From: a virus
Reading direction: 5' to 3' (one strand)
DNA length: 64,000 nt
IMG/VR virus record: IMGVR_UViG_3300008954_000020
Span: 1-64,000 of that record
Made by a program: the position numbers and the translations under genes. How positions within the stretch are numbered: position 1 is the stretch's first letter; each line of letters begins with the position of its first letter. Positions 1 through 8,521 of this stretch are shown piece after piece. A model generated the notes under the pieces. That model made no database searches, was not told the origin of the DNA, and worked only from the letters and a program-made list of their open reading frames with translations.

Positions 1-2
1 AA

Positions 3-950
3 CTAAAAGGAAAACTTGGAATTATTGAAGTTCCACTTGGTGCAAATATCGTGAGTAATCAAATGAAAAGATTTGGTAAAATCGAAGTTGTAAAAGAATC
101 CGTTGAACAACTGGATGAAGGCAAAATGAAAGAACTTCATATGCTTATCAAGCAAGGAAAGAGTGCCGAACAAATTGCTAAGATTATGAAAGTAGATGCC
201 CATACAATTGAAGTTCTTATGCGTGGGAATTTAAAACCCTCATTGAAGAAAGAAGCAAAACTGGATGATTTGTGGGCACTGGCATGGCACTTAAAGGAAA
301 AACAAATGAAAACAAATAGAGAACAATGGGAAAGGGCTGCAACTATGCAAGAAGGCAAATCGGGCCCCTACGACAGCGACCCACGAATCCCGAAGATGAG
401 TGACAAAGGCAAAGAACTTCTTGCATGGATGGCTAATTCATTCGAAGAAACTGGTGGCCCATACCTAGACAAAAATAATGTTCAGTATTTAACTAAACAT
501 GCCGTTGATAGGATTATGAAGAAGTTAAAGAAACTAAAAAACCTTCCACCCGACAAGAAGAAAGAAATGAAACTTGTCATGAAAGAACTTGGTGAAGGTG
601 TCGAAGAAGAAATTTCAACAACTACAGGAAGTGTTGGTACACTTACTGACCCAACAGATATGGGCAAGAAGAAGAAGAAGAAACGATGTGATGAATTAGA
701 TAAGTATACCGATTCTCAAATCTTTACGGTAAGTAACGCAGACTTCAATAGATGCAGTAAAGGCCGAAGAAAGAATGAAAGATGGAATAAGTTCTTTGCT
801 CAAGAATCAGAACAAGGTGCGACCATCAAGAGATATTCTTTAAGAAATCCGAAGTCTCCAATCATTATCAAGAATGAAGAAACTGGTGACCTGATGTTCC
901 TTCGCCGTAGATTAAACGACCAAAGACTCAAACACAATAGAAGAAAGTAA
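3..950 (+). CDS. Putative internal head protein, 5'-truncated by the window
   Basis: The frame is open from nt 3, so the true start lies upstream. K/E-rich with repeated [LIVM]xE motifs (LDE, MQE, VEE) resembling gp21 cleavage sites. It is the only credible + strand gene. Confidence 0.5.
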   Translation, partial: LKGKLGIIEVPLGANIVSNQMKRFGKIEVVKESVEQLDEGKMKELHMLIKQGKSAEQIAKIMKVDAHTIEVLMRGNLKPSLKKEAKLDDLWALAWHLKEKQMKTNREQWERAATMQEGKSGPYDSDPRIPKMSDKGKELLAWMANSFEETGGPYLDKNNVQYLTKHAVDRIMKKLKKLKNLPPDKKKEMKLVMKELGEGVEEEISTTTGSVGTLTDPTDMGKKKKKKRCDELDKYTDSQIFTVSNADFNRCSKGRRKNERWNKFFAQESEQGATIKRYSLRNPKSPIIIKNEETGDLMFLRRRLNDQRLKHNRRK

Positions 951-1202
951 TTACTTCTTTTTGAATGTACGGTAGGTTGCGTATCCCGCAATCGCAATCG
1001 AACCCAACCACAACACTATCCAATTATTGGATGGTGTTGTTTCTTTTGGTTGTATTTCGTTTGGTGTGTTATAGTTGCTAGATGTGGGAGGTTGTAGGTT
1101 ATAATTTCTAGGAATTTGCCCTACGGGTTCTGAAGGGACAACTTTAATTGCTCCACCACAACCACACAACAATAAAGTCATTACAAATAATAGGTTTCTC
1201 AT
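951..1202 (-). CDS. Lipoprotein with C-terminal TM helix (u-spanin-like)
   Basis: Signal peptide with lipobox LLCGC, Pro/Ser/Thr/Asn linker, C-terminal hydrophobic WIVLWLGSIAIAGYATY and basic tail. ATGA overlap with the holin-like gene. Confidence 0.5.
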   Translation of the reverse strand: MRNLLFVMTLLLCGCGGAIKVVPSEPVGQIPRNYNLQPPTSSNYNTPNEIQPKETTPSNNWIVLWLGSIAIAGYATYRTFKKK

Positions 1203-1645
1203 GTCGAGGCCTTCCCTGCCGCATTACCAAAATAGAATCCTACAACAGTCAATAGAATTTGTCGGTTCTCTTCTGTAAAGAGATATCCATATACTTCTTG
1301 GAACTTGATGGAAGTATCTCCACCAAACACCCACAAGAATGTTCCTGTTGTTTCAGTTACTTCAACCACGGTTGGAATGCCAAAGAAAGGAAGAATAAAT
1401 GGAGCGATAATAGTACCGAACAATATTGTAACAACAATGGTACGGCGAACTACTTTACCAGCATCAACACTTACTCGTTGTACTGCTAAATCAGCACTTT
1501 CATCTTGTCGTTGTGACCTAGCCATTGCTCGTTCGAACAATGCTTTTTGATCTTTTCTTTTCTCTGACCAAAAACGAAACAGGAATCCTGTTGCGCTACT
1601 TGCAATCAGTGTTAAAAATTCTGGTGTTAGGAATGCCGATAACAT
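1199..1645 (-). CDS. Holin-like membrane protein (3TM/GTA-holin type)
   Basis: Three hydrophobic segments and a terminal GFYFG motif typical of 3TM holin-like proteins. Confidence 0.55.
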   Translation of the reverse strand: MLSAFLTPEFLTLIASSATGFLFRFWSEKRKDQKALFERAMARSQRQDESADLAVQRVSVDAGKVVRRTIVVTILFGTIIAPFILPFFGIPTVVEVTETTGTFLWVFGGDTSIKFQEVYGYLFTEENRQILLTVVGFYFGNAAGKAST

Positions 1646-1830
1646 TATTTCTCTCCCATTTCATCGATGTCTTCTTCTATGTCATCGATATCTCTTCTAA
1701 TCTCTTTAATATCTGATTCTAGATTAGAGATGATCACACGAAGTCTGGTCAATTCGATTCCAATTTTCCATAACATGGCTACACCACCAACTACGGCTGC
1801 AGCAACTATACTATTTAGTACTTCTATCAT
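1645..1830 (-). CDS. Small membrane protein, N-terminal TM plus coiled coil
   Basis: IVAAAVVGGVAMLW followed by heptads (IKEIRRDIDDIEEDIDE). Coupled to both neighbours. Confidence 0.55.
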   Translation of the reverse strand: MIEVLNSIVAAAVVGGVAMLWKIGIELTRLRVIISNLESDIKEIRRDIDDIEEDIDEMGEK

Positions 1831-2390
1831 TTCATTAACTTCCGTTCTGCTATTTCATAAAACAACTTCTTACATATGTAGTAGGCATCAACAATATCAG
1901 ATACGGGATTTCCTATCTTTTTGGCCTTGGGCATGATAGGATACATTATTTGTTTATTGGTTTCTTTTACAAACGCTTCATACATTTGCTTTTTGTCAGC
2001 ATTACCTTTTGTGGTTGCAAACTTTTTAATTTCTGCGGGAGTATAAACCGTTACAGGAATTCCATCTTTGTACATTTTATATTTAAGAATCCCTGTATTT
2101 TCGGCAATATGAAATACTTTTCCTTGTGAACCGTAAGAATATCCTTCGAGCGAAATTTCTTGACAACCCAGAACCTTTTCTTGGGCCCAATCGGCAATAG
2201 AACAATATCGTTCTGCATCGTGATTCCACGAACACAATCTCTCACCATGAATGTTGTGAATAAAGGTTTTAGCTTTTGAATTTTGGTCTGTGAGAAAATA
2301 AAAGGATAAATTTCTCCACTCCCATTTCTTACCATGCAAACAACAAATAGCAGGGCTTCTTAAACTATAATCTATTCCGGCAATGTTCAT
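1827..2390 (-). CDS. RuvC-like Holliday junction resolvase
   Basis: IAGIDYS, ISLEGYSY, IKKFATTKGNADK and SDIVDAYY give the RuvC catalytic pattern. SD AGGAG. Confidence 0.85.
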   Translation of the reverse strand: MNIAGIDYSLRSPAICCLHGKKWEWRNLSFYFLTDQNSKAKTFIHNIHGERLCSWNHDAERYCSIADWAQEKVLGCQEISLEGYSYGSQGKVFHIAENTGILKYKMYKDGIPVTVYTPAEIKKFATTKGNADKKQMYEAFVKETNKQIMYPIMPKAKKIGNPVSDIVDAYYICKKLFYEIAERKLMK

Positions 2391-2408
2391 GATATAATCT
2401 CCTAGTAC

Positions 2409-2416
2409 TATTTATA
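2409..2416 (-). promoter_or_regulatory. T4-type late promoter TATAAATA
   Basis: Exact consensus just upstream of the ruvC SD. Confidence 0.75.
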
Positions 2417-2555
2417 TTACTTGGAGGAGGAGCCGTCCGACATGCAATCCGATAAGAAAACCAATGATAATAATAACAGCAGTTCCAATACGCTCTGTGA
2501 CATTTCCATCCATCCGTAATAATTTTAACAATCTATCTATTCTCTTTTTCATCAT
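2412..2555 (-). CDS. 47-aa single-TM peptide (not in ORF track)
   Basis: MMKKRIDRLLKLLRMDGNVTERIGTAVIIIIGFLIGLHVGRLLLQVI*. ATGA overlap with the upstream peptide gene. Confidence 0.6.
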   Translation of the reverse strand: MMKKRIDRLLKLLRMDGNVTERIGTAVIIIIGFLIGLHVGRLLLQVI

Positions 2556-2683
2556 AATGATAATAAAATTAATCTTCCTATTAATATTCCTACAGCAAAA
2601 GATAATATACCCACACCAGCACCAACAGGCGTTGAAATCAAGTATATCTTATTATCCAACCACTCTTTCCACTTGTCGTTCAT
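2552..2683 (-). CDS. 43-aa single-TM peptide (not in ORF track)
   Basis: MNDKWKEWLDNKIYLISTPVGAGVGILSFAVGILIGRLILLSL*. GAGG lies upstream and the ORF overlaps the protease 3' end. Confidence 0.6.
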   Translation of the reverse strand: MNDKWKEWLDNKIYLISTPVGAGVGILSFAVGILIGRLILLSL

Positions 2684-3434
2684 CAATAACCTCTTCCTCA
2701 CAGACCGATTTGTCCGTGATATTAGAATTCAACCAATCGTATATTTTGTCAACTCTAGAAAATGAATTTTCTATTATGACACCGTTACTAAATGTAAAGC
2801 TGGCAATGACGCCAACAATATATTTACTATCATTTAAAACAGCAATTGCTGGGCCACCAGAATCGCCAAACCATATGGTAGATTTAAATGGTATTGTTTT
2901 AAAATATGATTCCTCTCCAACCAAAACACCATAATACCAAAACTCGCCTGGGATGCTGTGTTTCTTCCATCCACCACCATATCCTACAACCTCTATTGGA
3001 TATCCTTTAGTCATAAAATTTTCTGATGCGATATTCAATGGGTCGATATCGTAAATTGATTCTTCTAAAACCAAAAGAGCACAATCGTTGTGTATTATAT
3101 CAAATATGTTTTCTGGATATTTAATAATTTCTTGTATTTTATACAACCTTCCATCAAACAATTCAAAATAATAATCATGTTCATCAATGATGCAATGGTG
3201 GGCAGTTAAAACAATATTTGGTGCAACCAGTGTCGCAGTACATGAGGTCTGCATATCTTCATCCAGTAAAACCCCAACTTGTGGCCATGGGTCATTGGTA
3301 GGATCAGTATTTACAAATCCTGTTACTGAGAGACTTTCTTCTGGTTCAGATATAAATGCCGGACTACTTACAGTTGGTGTATTAACGCAGGCAGTCATGG
3401 CAAGCATTACAAACAGGATTAAGTACCTGCACAT
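2652..3434 (-). CDS. Trypsin-like (S1) serine protease, probable lipoprotein
   Basis: CTATLV...LTAHHC (His), NDCALL (Asp), GDSGGP (Ser). Hydrophobic signal with MTAC lipobox. Start refined to 3434 by the GGAGG SD. Confidence 0.85.
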   Translation of the reverse strand: MCRYLILFVMLAMTACVNTPTVSSPAFISEPEESLSVTGFVNTDPTNDPWPQVGVLLDEDMQTSCTATLVAPNIVLTAHHCIIDEHDYYFELFDGRLYKIQEIIKYPENIFDIIHNDCALLVLEESIYDIDPLNIASENFMTKGYPIEVVGYGGGWKKHSIPGEFWYYGVLVGEESYFKTIPFKSTIWFGDSGGPAIAVLNDSKYIVGVIASFTFSNGVIIENSFSRVDKIYDWLNSNITDKSVCEEEVIDERQVERVVG

Positions 3435-3452
3435 TTTATTATCCTCCATTAA

Positions 3453-3460
3453 TATGTATG
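3453..3460 (-). promoter_or_regulatory. Late-promoter variant CATACATA
   Basis: Sits directly upstream of the protease SD. The same octamer precedes gp3. Confidence 0.55.
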
Positions 3461-3487
3461 GAGAAAATACAGAAAATCAACAATTTG

Positions 3488-3523
3488 TAAAAAAGAAACG
3501 GCCGCACATAAAAGAACGACCGA
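3488..3523 (-). terminator. Probable intrinsic terminator after nrdJ
   Basis: CGGTCG...CGGCCG stem followed by TTTCTTTTTT on the minus strand. Confidence 0.5.
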
Positions 3524-3556
3524 TTCGGGAGGATAATAAAATAGTTTTCTATTTTA

Positions 3557-5494
3557 TCAATTTATAATATCTACTAGTTCACATGACCCAGCGCTACACG
3601 CAAGTTCTTGCATTCCTGTTGTGTTATCTTCTTGTTCTGTATCACTTAATTCACTCCAATCGATTTCCTTGGGCATTTTTTTAAGGAGTGATTTATATTC
3701 CTTGGATGTACACTCTTGGTATGGTGCTTGTCTATAAATATGTTCACTGTGTGGCAAGAACGAAACACCACTCACTTCATCAAAGTATTTATACACCCAC
3801 GCACCAACCGCAAACCATTCATCTTCTCGTACAGAAATTGTCACAGATGGTTTATGTTCACACCAATGTCGTTGATAAATTAACCAATGTTCCAATTGTT
3901 CAATAGCCGTTTTGTCATTGCGGAAAATTGAAGACTCTGGCGATTTTATAGGGAAAGAAAATACCATTGTGTGTTCTGGTTTGGTTACATCTGGTTCACA
4001 AGGAAACCCTTTCTGTTGCATGAATTGACACAATGGGTCTTTAATATCTGCACGAACAGTACGAATATAATGCTCTGCATGTCGGGTATGAATACCAGAT
4101 GATGCATCAACTAATTGGCTGACAGTACCCGATGGTTTAACACAAGTAATGGCAGCCGATTCGTTGATTTTGAATTTCTTTGCCCATACTTTATTTGTAT
4201 CAATTGCAACCTGACGAAGTTCTTCTAGTGACTCAATCAGTTTCTTTTCACCTTTGTTACCATTTGTTAAGTCGTTGTCCATAATACCTGTCAAAGAAAC
4301 ACCAAGTAATCTTTCTTCTTCACAGTTCTTTTTCCATTCACTCGACAAGTATCGGAAATTTGTTAGCGTGCATTGCCAAGTTCCAAGAATTGTTGCTAGT
4401 CGCACCTTCTCTTTGAGTGTTTCGATTGTATCTTCTTTTCTGATTACCACCTCAGACAAATTACAAAACTGTCTGTCACGCAAAATAATTTCTGAACACG
4501 GATTAACTCCGAAGTCGTGATTCGCATCTCTGCGTTCTCCGAGTTTCTCAACCGTTTTCTGTGCGGCTTCTCTATTATAGATTCCTCGTTCTCCAGATTT
4601 AGATTTATACAACGACAACCATTCTTCCATAAATGTTCCCATCTCTGGTTTACATTTATATGCAACAGAGTTGTTTGCTAATGCTCGTTGTCCGTTCTCA
4701 TACCACCACTGTCCTGTTTTTGCACCACGCATTCGTTCATCCGTCAATGAGGATAAAGAAATTAATGCAGACCTACGAACACCACCAACAACTACAATCT
4801 CTGCAATCTTACAAATAATATCATGGCTTTCAATTGATGTTAGTTTTCTTCCTCTTGCATTTTGATACATGTTTGTGGTGAAGTTGAATAAATCTTCAAG
4901 GGGGCCTGGGCCCGAAGCTCGTCCACCAAATGTTTTTAGTCTTGAACCTGCTTCTCTAATTTTTGACAAGTCCCATTTTGGAACTTGACCACCAATTAAA
5001 AGCGATGTTAGTTCTTTGTATGCTTTTGCCCAACCAATTTTGCTGTCTTGAACAACTATGGTTGTGTCTGATTTTTCAAAGTCTTCAGAAATTGTTGGGA
5101 GTTTGTCGAGGAATCCTCGTTCTACACTAAACCCCATTCCTGTTCCACACATTAAAATATAAACTATTTCATCAAACGACCGTACCCTACCAGCAGTACA
5201 ATACGCACAGTTGTATCCTGCAACATTATCTCGTTTGAGTGCATCACCTGCTGTCATAAGAGAGCGCATAGAAGGCATTACCGATTGATTAAGGATTGCT
5301 TCTTCAAGTTCCTTGCGGTCATTCTTTGTTACTTTGTAGTTGTTATTTTCTTTTAGATGTTCTTCGAAGAAATCAAAATATCTTGATACGGTTTCGTTCC
5401 AAGTTTCTCTGCGACCCTCTTCTTCTATCCATCTGGAATATCGGCTAAGGTGTATAAAATTCTGGTACTCTGTTGGTAAATCATTATTATTCAT
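3557..5494 (-). CDS. nrdJ: Class II (adenosylcobalamin-dependent) ribonucleotide reductase
   Basis: YNCAY, GGVRRSA, NPCSEI, TCVKPSGTVS and C-terminal ACSAGSC. About 645 aa, with no small-subunit gene adjacent. Confidence 0.9.
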   Translation of the reverse strand: MNNNDLPTEYQNFIHLSRYSRWIEEEGRRETWNETVSRYFDFFEEHLKENNNYKVTKNDRKELEEAILNQSVMPSMRSLMTAGDALKRDNVAGYNCAYCTAGRVRSFDEIVYILMCGTGMGFSVERGFLDKLPTISEDFEKSDTTIVVQDSKIGWAKAYKELTSLLIGGQVPKWDLSKIREAGSRLKTFGGRASGPGPLEDLFNFTTNMYQNARGRKLTSIESHDIICKIAEIVVVGGVRRSALISLSSLTDERMRGAKTGQWWYENGQRALANNSVAYKCKPEMGTFMEEWLSLYKSKSGERGIYNREAAQKTVEKLGERRDANHDFGVNPCSEIILRDRQFCNLSEVVIRKEDTIETLKEKVRLATILGTWQCTLTNFRYLSSEWKKNCEEERLLGVSLTGIMDNDLTNGNKGEKKLIESLEELRQVAIDTNKVWAKKFKINESAAITCVKPSGTVSQLVDASSGIHTRHAEHYIRTVRADIKDPLCQFMQQKGFPCEPDVTKPEHTMVFSFPIKSPESSIFRNDKTAIEQLEHWLIYQRHWCEHKPSVTISVREDEWFAVGAWVYKYFDEVSGVSFLPHSEHIYRQAPYQECTSKEYKSLLKKMPKEIDWSELSDTEQEDNTTGMQELACSAGSCELVDIIN

Positions 5495-5514
5495 GATATA
5501 TCCTTTGTTAATTT

Positions 5515-6867
5515 CTAAAGTTCGCCGCCATCGACAACAGTATCTCCGTCTTCAGCAAGGCCGGATATAGACGAGGTGTTTGCTGCAATTGCATCACGGG
5601 TTTCCTTCTGCACCGTTATCGTGTACTTGACGCCGGAGCTTGGACTAGTCATGCTTATATCAATTGCTGCGCCTTCTTGTATATTAAACTCGCCGACATC
5701 AGTATTAAAAAAGACTTGGGATAGTTCAATCGGATCACCAGAATAAAGGCCCGCAGTAAATCCACCATCGGCATCTCCGCCGGGAATATTAATATCAACT
5801 TTGCCTCGGTTGCCTTTAGTCACTGAAACACCAGCACCCGTAAAGTTTATGTGCCTTGCATCTTTGTTTATCGTAGTTCCGTCTGCCATAACAGCAGTAA
5901 GGTTACCACCCCCACCCTGCATGGTAATTTTGCCAGCGCCACCGGCTTTAGAAAGTTGTTCTATGAATTTTTTATCGAGGGATAGAATTCCATCTTCTTT
6001 AATTTGTAGGGGATAAGTTGCTGTGGCGATGCCTGAGTCCCCTGTATCACCTTGAAGTCCTTGTTCACCTTGAAGTCCGATTGGGCCTTGTTCGCCTTGA
6101 AGACCACCAACACCGTCTTGGCCGTCTCGACCATCCACACCATTGACTCCATCTCTACCAGCAAGTCCGTCTTTACCATCTTGACCATCTTTGCCCGCAA
6201 GTCCCTGTTCACCCTGTGGGCCTTGTGGGCCTTGTATTCCTTGGCGACCGTGAGTACCCTGTTCACCTTGAGGCCCCTGAAGACCCTGTTCACCTTGAAG
6301 ACCTTGTTCGCCTTGAGTTCCTCGTATTCCTTGAGGGCCTTGTTCGCCCTGAATTCCTGTTGCACCATCGAGTCCATCTCGGCCATTGATTCCATCTTTA
6401 CCATCTGCCCCATCTTGGCCGTCTTTACCCGACTCACCTTGCAAACCTTGTGGCCCAATATCTCCATCTCGACCATCTATACCATCTGCCCCTGCATAAC
6501 CTTGATCACCTTTGATCCCAGCCGGCCCAGCTGGCCCTGTAACATATTCAATAATATTGTTTGCTTCTTCTTTTGCTGTTTCTTCAACTATAGGTTTCGC
6601 TGATACAGAATCAAAATATGAATTAATTTGATCGGAATCACCTGTCAATTTGACATCCATACCATAGGAATCCATCAATACAATAGAATTGTTTCCAGTT
6701 CCTATTTGAATAGTCTTATGAATATTTGTAACATCTTCTGTGAAGATAAAGGTTGATGATGCAGAATAATCATCAAGAGTTCTTAATAGAACAAACTCAT
6801 CTCCGTATTCGTGTACATTAGAGAATAAATTCGCATTACCATCAAACCTTTGAAACCTATCAACCAT
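5515..6867 (-). CDS. Collagen-like protein
   Basis: 57 uninterrupted G-X-Y triplets between N- and C-terminal non-repetitive domains. Confidence 0.85.
   Translation of the reverse strand: MVDRFQRFDGNANLFSNVHEYGDEFVLLRTLDDYSASSTFIFTEDVTNIHKTIQIGTGNNSIVLMDSYGMDVKLTGDSDQINSYFDSVSAKPIVEETAKEEANNIIEYVTGPAGPAGIKGDQGYAGADGIDGRDGDIGPQGLQGESGKDGQDGADGKDGINGRDGLDGATGIQGEQGPQGIRGTQGEQGLQGEQGLQGPQGEQGTHGRQGIQGPQGPQGEQGLAGKDGQDGKDGLAGRDGVNGVDGRDGQDGVGGLQGEQGPIGLQGEQGLQGDTGDSGIATATYPLQIKEDGILSLDKKFIEQLSKAGGAGKITMQGGGGNLTAVMADGTTINKDARHINFTGAGVSVTKGNRGKVDINIPGGDADGGFTAGLYSGDPIELSQVFFNTDVGEFNIQEGAAIDISMTSPSSGVKYTITVQKETRDAIAANTSSISGLAEDGDTVVDGGEL
6025..6537 (-). repeat. Collagen G-X-Y coding repeat
   Basis: GPA...GIA with GEQGLQ and GKDGQD blocks; 9/18-nt degenerate DNA periodicity. 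Confidence 0.9.
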
Positions 6868-7546
6868 TTAAAATATCTTCCCAAGATTTTAGTGACTTAG
6901 TTTCTTCTTCATTAAGAATAGGAAATAGAATACCATGTGATTTCATCACTCGATTACCTATACTAGAACCTGGCACCTCAACACCTTCAAATGTGAATGG
7001 AACATTCATCTTCTTAACATGTTGACTATAACCTTGCGCTATCTTTCCTAATGAAACTCCAGCCCCAATTTTAAATTTAGTTCCGCTGGGTTCTATAATT
7101 TGGATATTACCTTTTTGACCTATGACTGCTCCATCTTGCTGGAATTTCTTACACAGATTTTTGATAATATCTTCAAACTCAGAACTGTCCATGTCTTCTC
7201 TCTTTGGAACAAAATATGACCGTTCAACAACATCTTTAAGTTTGTCTGCTGGACAAGATTCGTATGGGACATCTTCTAATTCACACTCTTGCCAATGACC
7301 AACAAGTTGATATGGGCCTAACTTATTATTGTTCAATTCCCCACGGAGATTTCTATTTCGTTGAATATTTTGTTTCTTACTATAGTTGCCTCGGTATGCC
7401 GTAATGATCGCAAAGTCTCCCCCTGATTCATACTTACGCATGAGTCGGGAAAGACCTGCCTCGGAGATGAGGTTTTGATTGTCTGAGTTTGGGCCCCAAT
7501 CATCGTATTGTGTTGGGGGTTCATTGTAATCTGTAAATCGCAACAT
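6860..7546 (-). CDS. Conserved T4-like hypothetical protein, possible internal head protein
   Basis: [10 protein letters not shown]-terminus and ISE/AGLSRL motif; FAIITAYR...N..RN..L pattern. CTAAATA lies upstream at 7578-7584. Confidence 0.5.
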   Translation of the reverse strand: MLRFTDYNEPPTQYDDWGPNSDNQNLISEAGLSRLMRKYESGGDFAIITAYRGNYSKKQNIQRNRNLRGELNNNKLGPYQLVGHWQECELEDVPYESCPADKLKDVVERSYFVPKREDMDSSEFEDIIKNLCKKFQQDGAVIGQKGNIQIIEPSGTKFKIGAGVSLGKIAQGYSQHVKKMNVPFTFEGVEVPGSSIGNRVMKSHGILFPILNEEETKSLKSWEDILNG

Positions 7547-7576
7547 TGTAATTACTCCAAAATAATGTGGTTACTA

Positions 7577-8296
7577 TTATTTAGGTTCTTCAGTTAATTG
7601 AGTCCACGAAACAGGAAACAATGGTTGAATGATTTTTCCAACTGCTTCAGCATATTGCCGAATTTCCCATTGTGCATGATCATCAATTCGTTGTTTGTAA
7701 AATCTTGCATATGCGGCCAGCGAACCCGTCCAATACCATTCCGTATACATTCCTTGTGGTAAACAGAACCGTGCTTGTTCTGGTGCAACATTCGATGTAA
7801 GCAATTCTTCATATGTTCTTAGTGCATTATTCATCAAATGTTTGTATGATTCATAAAGAGGGTGCGTTGCAAATCCCCCAGAAGTTTCTCCACCACCATC
7901 AACACATTCTAACCAACCATCACTGCCTTGTTTGGCATTACCGTCTGGTTTATGTCTCCATTTTGGATGGTAAAACTCTGGTGGGTTGTCCACATATCTT
8001 CTACTAACTTCATTTTCTACAAATCCCTGTTTGTGTTTAAAACATTGTGTTCGGATTGAAACTGGTGCTTTGATTCGTAGAGTAATTTGTGGATGTGCAA
8101 ATGGTGTCCAGTGATTGTGCTTTGCAAGATAACGAATAAGTTTTATATCTCTTTCGGACAATACACCGTGGCCATGTCCGTCAATATGTCCCCATTTACT
8201 TTCGTTATCAAAAGAGACTCTTGCAGCATTCGCTACAGTCAAATCACTTCCCATATGGTCAACAAGTTCTACATGTCCGGCATCTAATACTTTCAT
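7577..8296 (-). CDS. thyX: Flavin-dependent thymidylate synthase
   Basis: NAARVSF, HWTPF, KHKQGFVENEVSRRY, PEQARFCLP and HAQWEIR. Start refined to 8296. Confidence 0.92.
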   Translation of the reverse strand: MKVLDAGHVELVDHMGSDLTVANAARVSFDNESKWGHIDGHGHGVLSERDIKLIRYLAKHNHWTPFAHPQITLRIKAPVSIRTQCFKHKQGFVENEVSRRYVDNPPEFYHPKWRHKPDGNAKQGSDGWLECVDGGGETSGGFATHPLYESYKHLMNNALRTYEELLTSNVAPEQARFCLPQGMYTEWYWTGSLAAYARFYKQRIDDHAQWEIRQYAEAVGKIIQPLFPVSWTQLTEEPK

Positions 8297-8341
8297 CTCT
8301 TCTTTCTCCGATTCCACCATAATAGTAATTTGCCCAACCAA

Positions 8342-8521
8342 TCAATTTTCATATGCATTTGCCTTATTCGATTCGTCTGGTTTAAAGTCTTTGCCGTTAT
8401 TCAATTCTTCTTTATAGAATTTGTGAAGCAAGTCCCAATCTTTTATATGTTTGGGCCGGCCCCACATCCAACCGTATTGCAATAAACTCTCAAATGTTTT
8501 TTTAATTTCTTTTTTGTTCAA
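8342..8521 (-). CDS. 59-aa hypothetical protein (TTG start, not in ORF track)
   Basis: MNKKEIKKTFESLLQYGWMWGRPK...AYEN* fills the glnII-thyX gap. Confidence 0.4.
   Translation of the reverse strand: MNKKEIKKTFESLLQYGWMWGRPKHIKDWDLLHKFYKEELNNGKDFKPDESNKANAYEN

Noticed and set aside
665-682. AAG microsatellite
   Set aside because: It encodes an in-frame poly-Lys run.
6025-6537. Direct repeats as a possible CRISPR array or DGR
   Set aside because: The 9/18-nt periodicity is explained by collagen coding. There are no spacers and no cas or reverse transcriptase genes.
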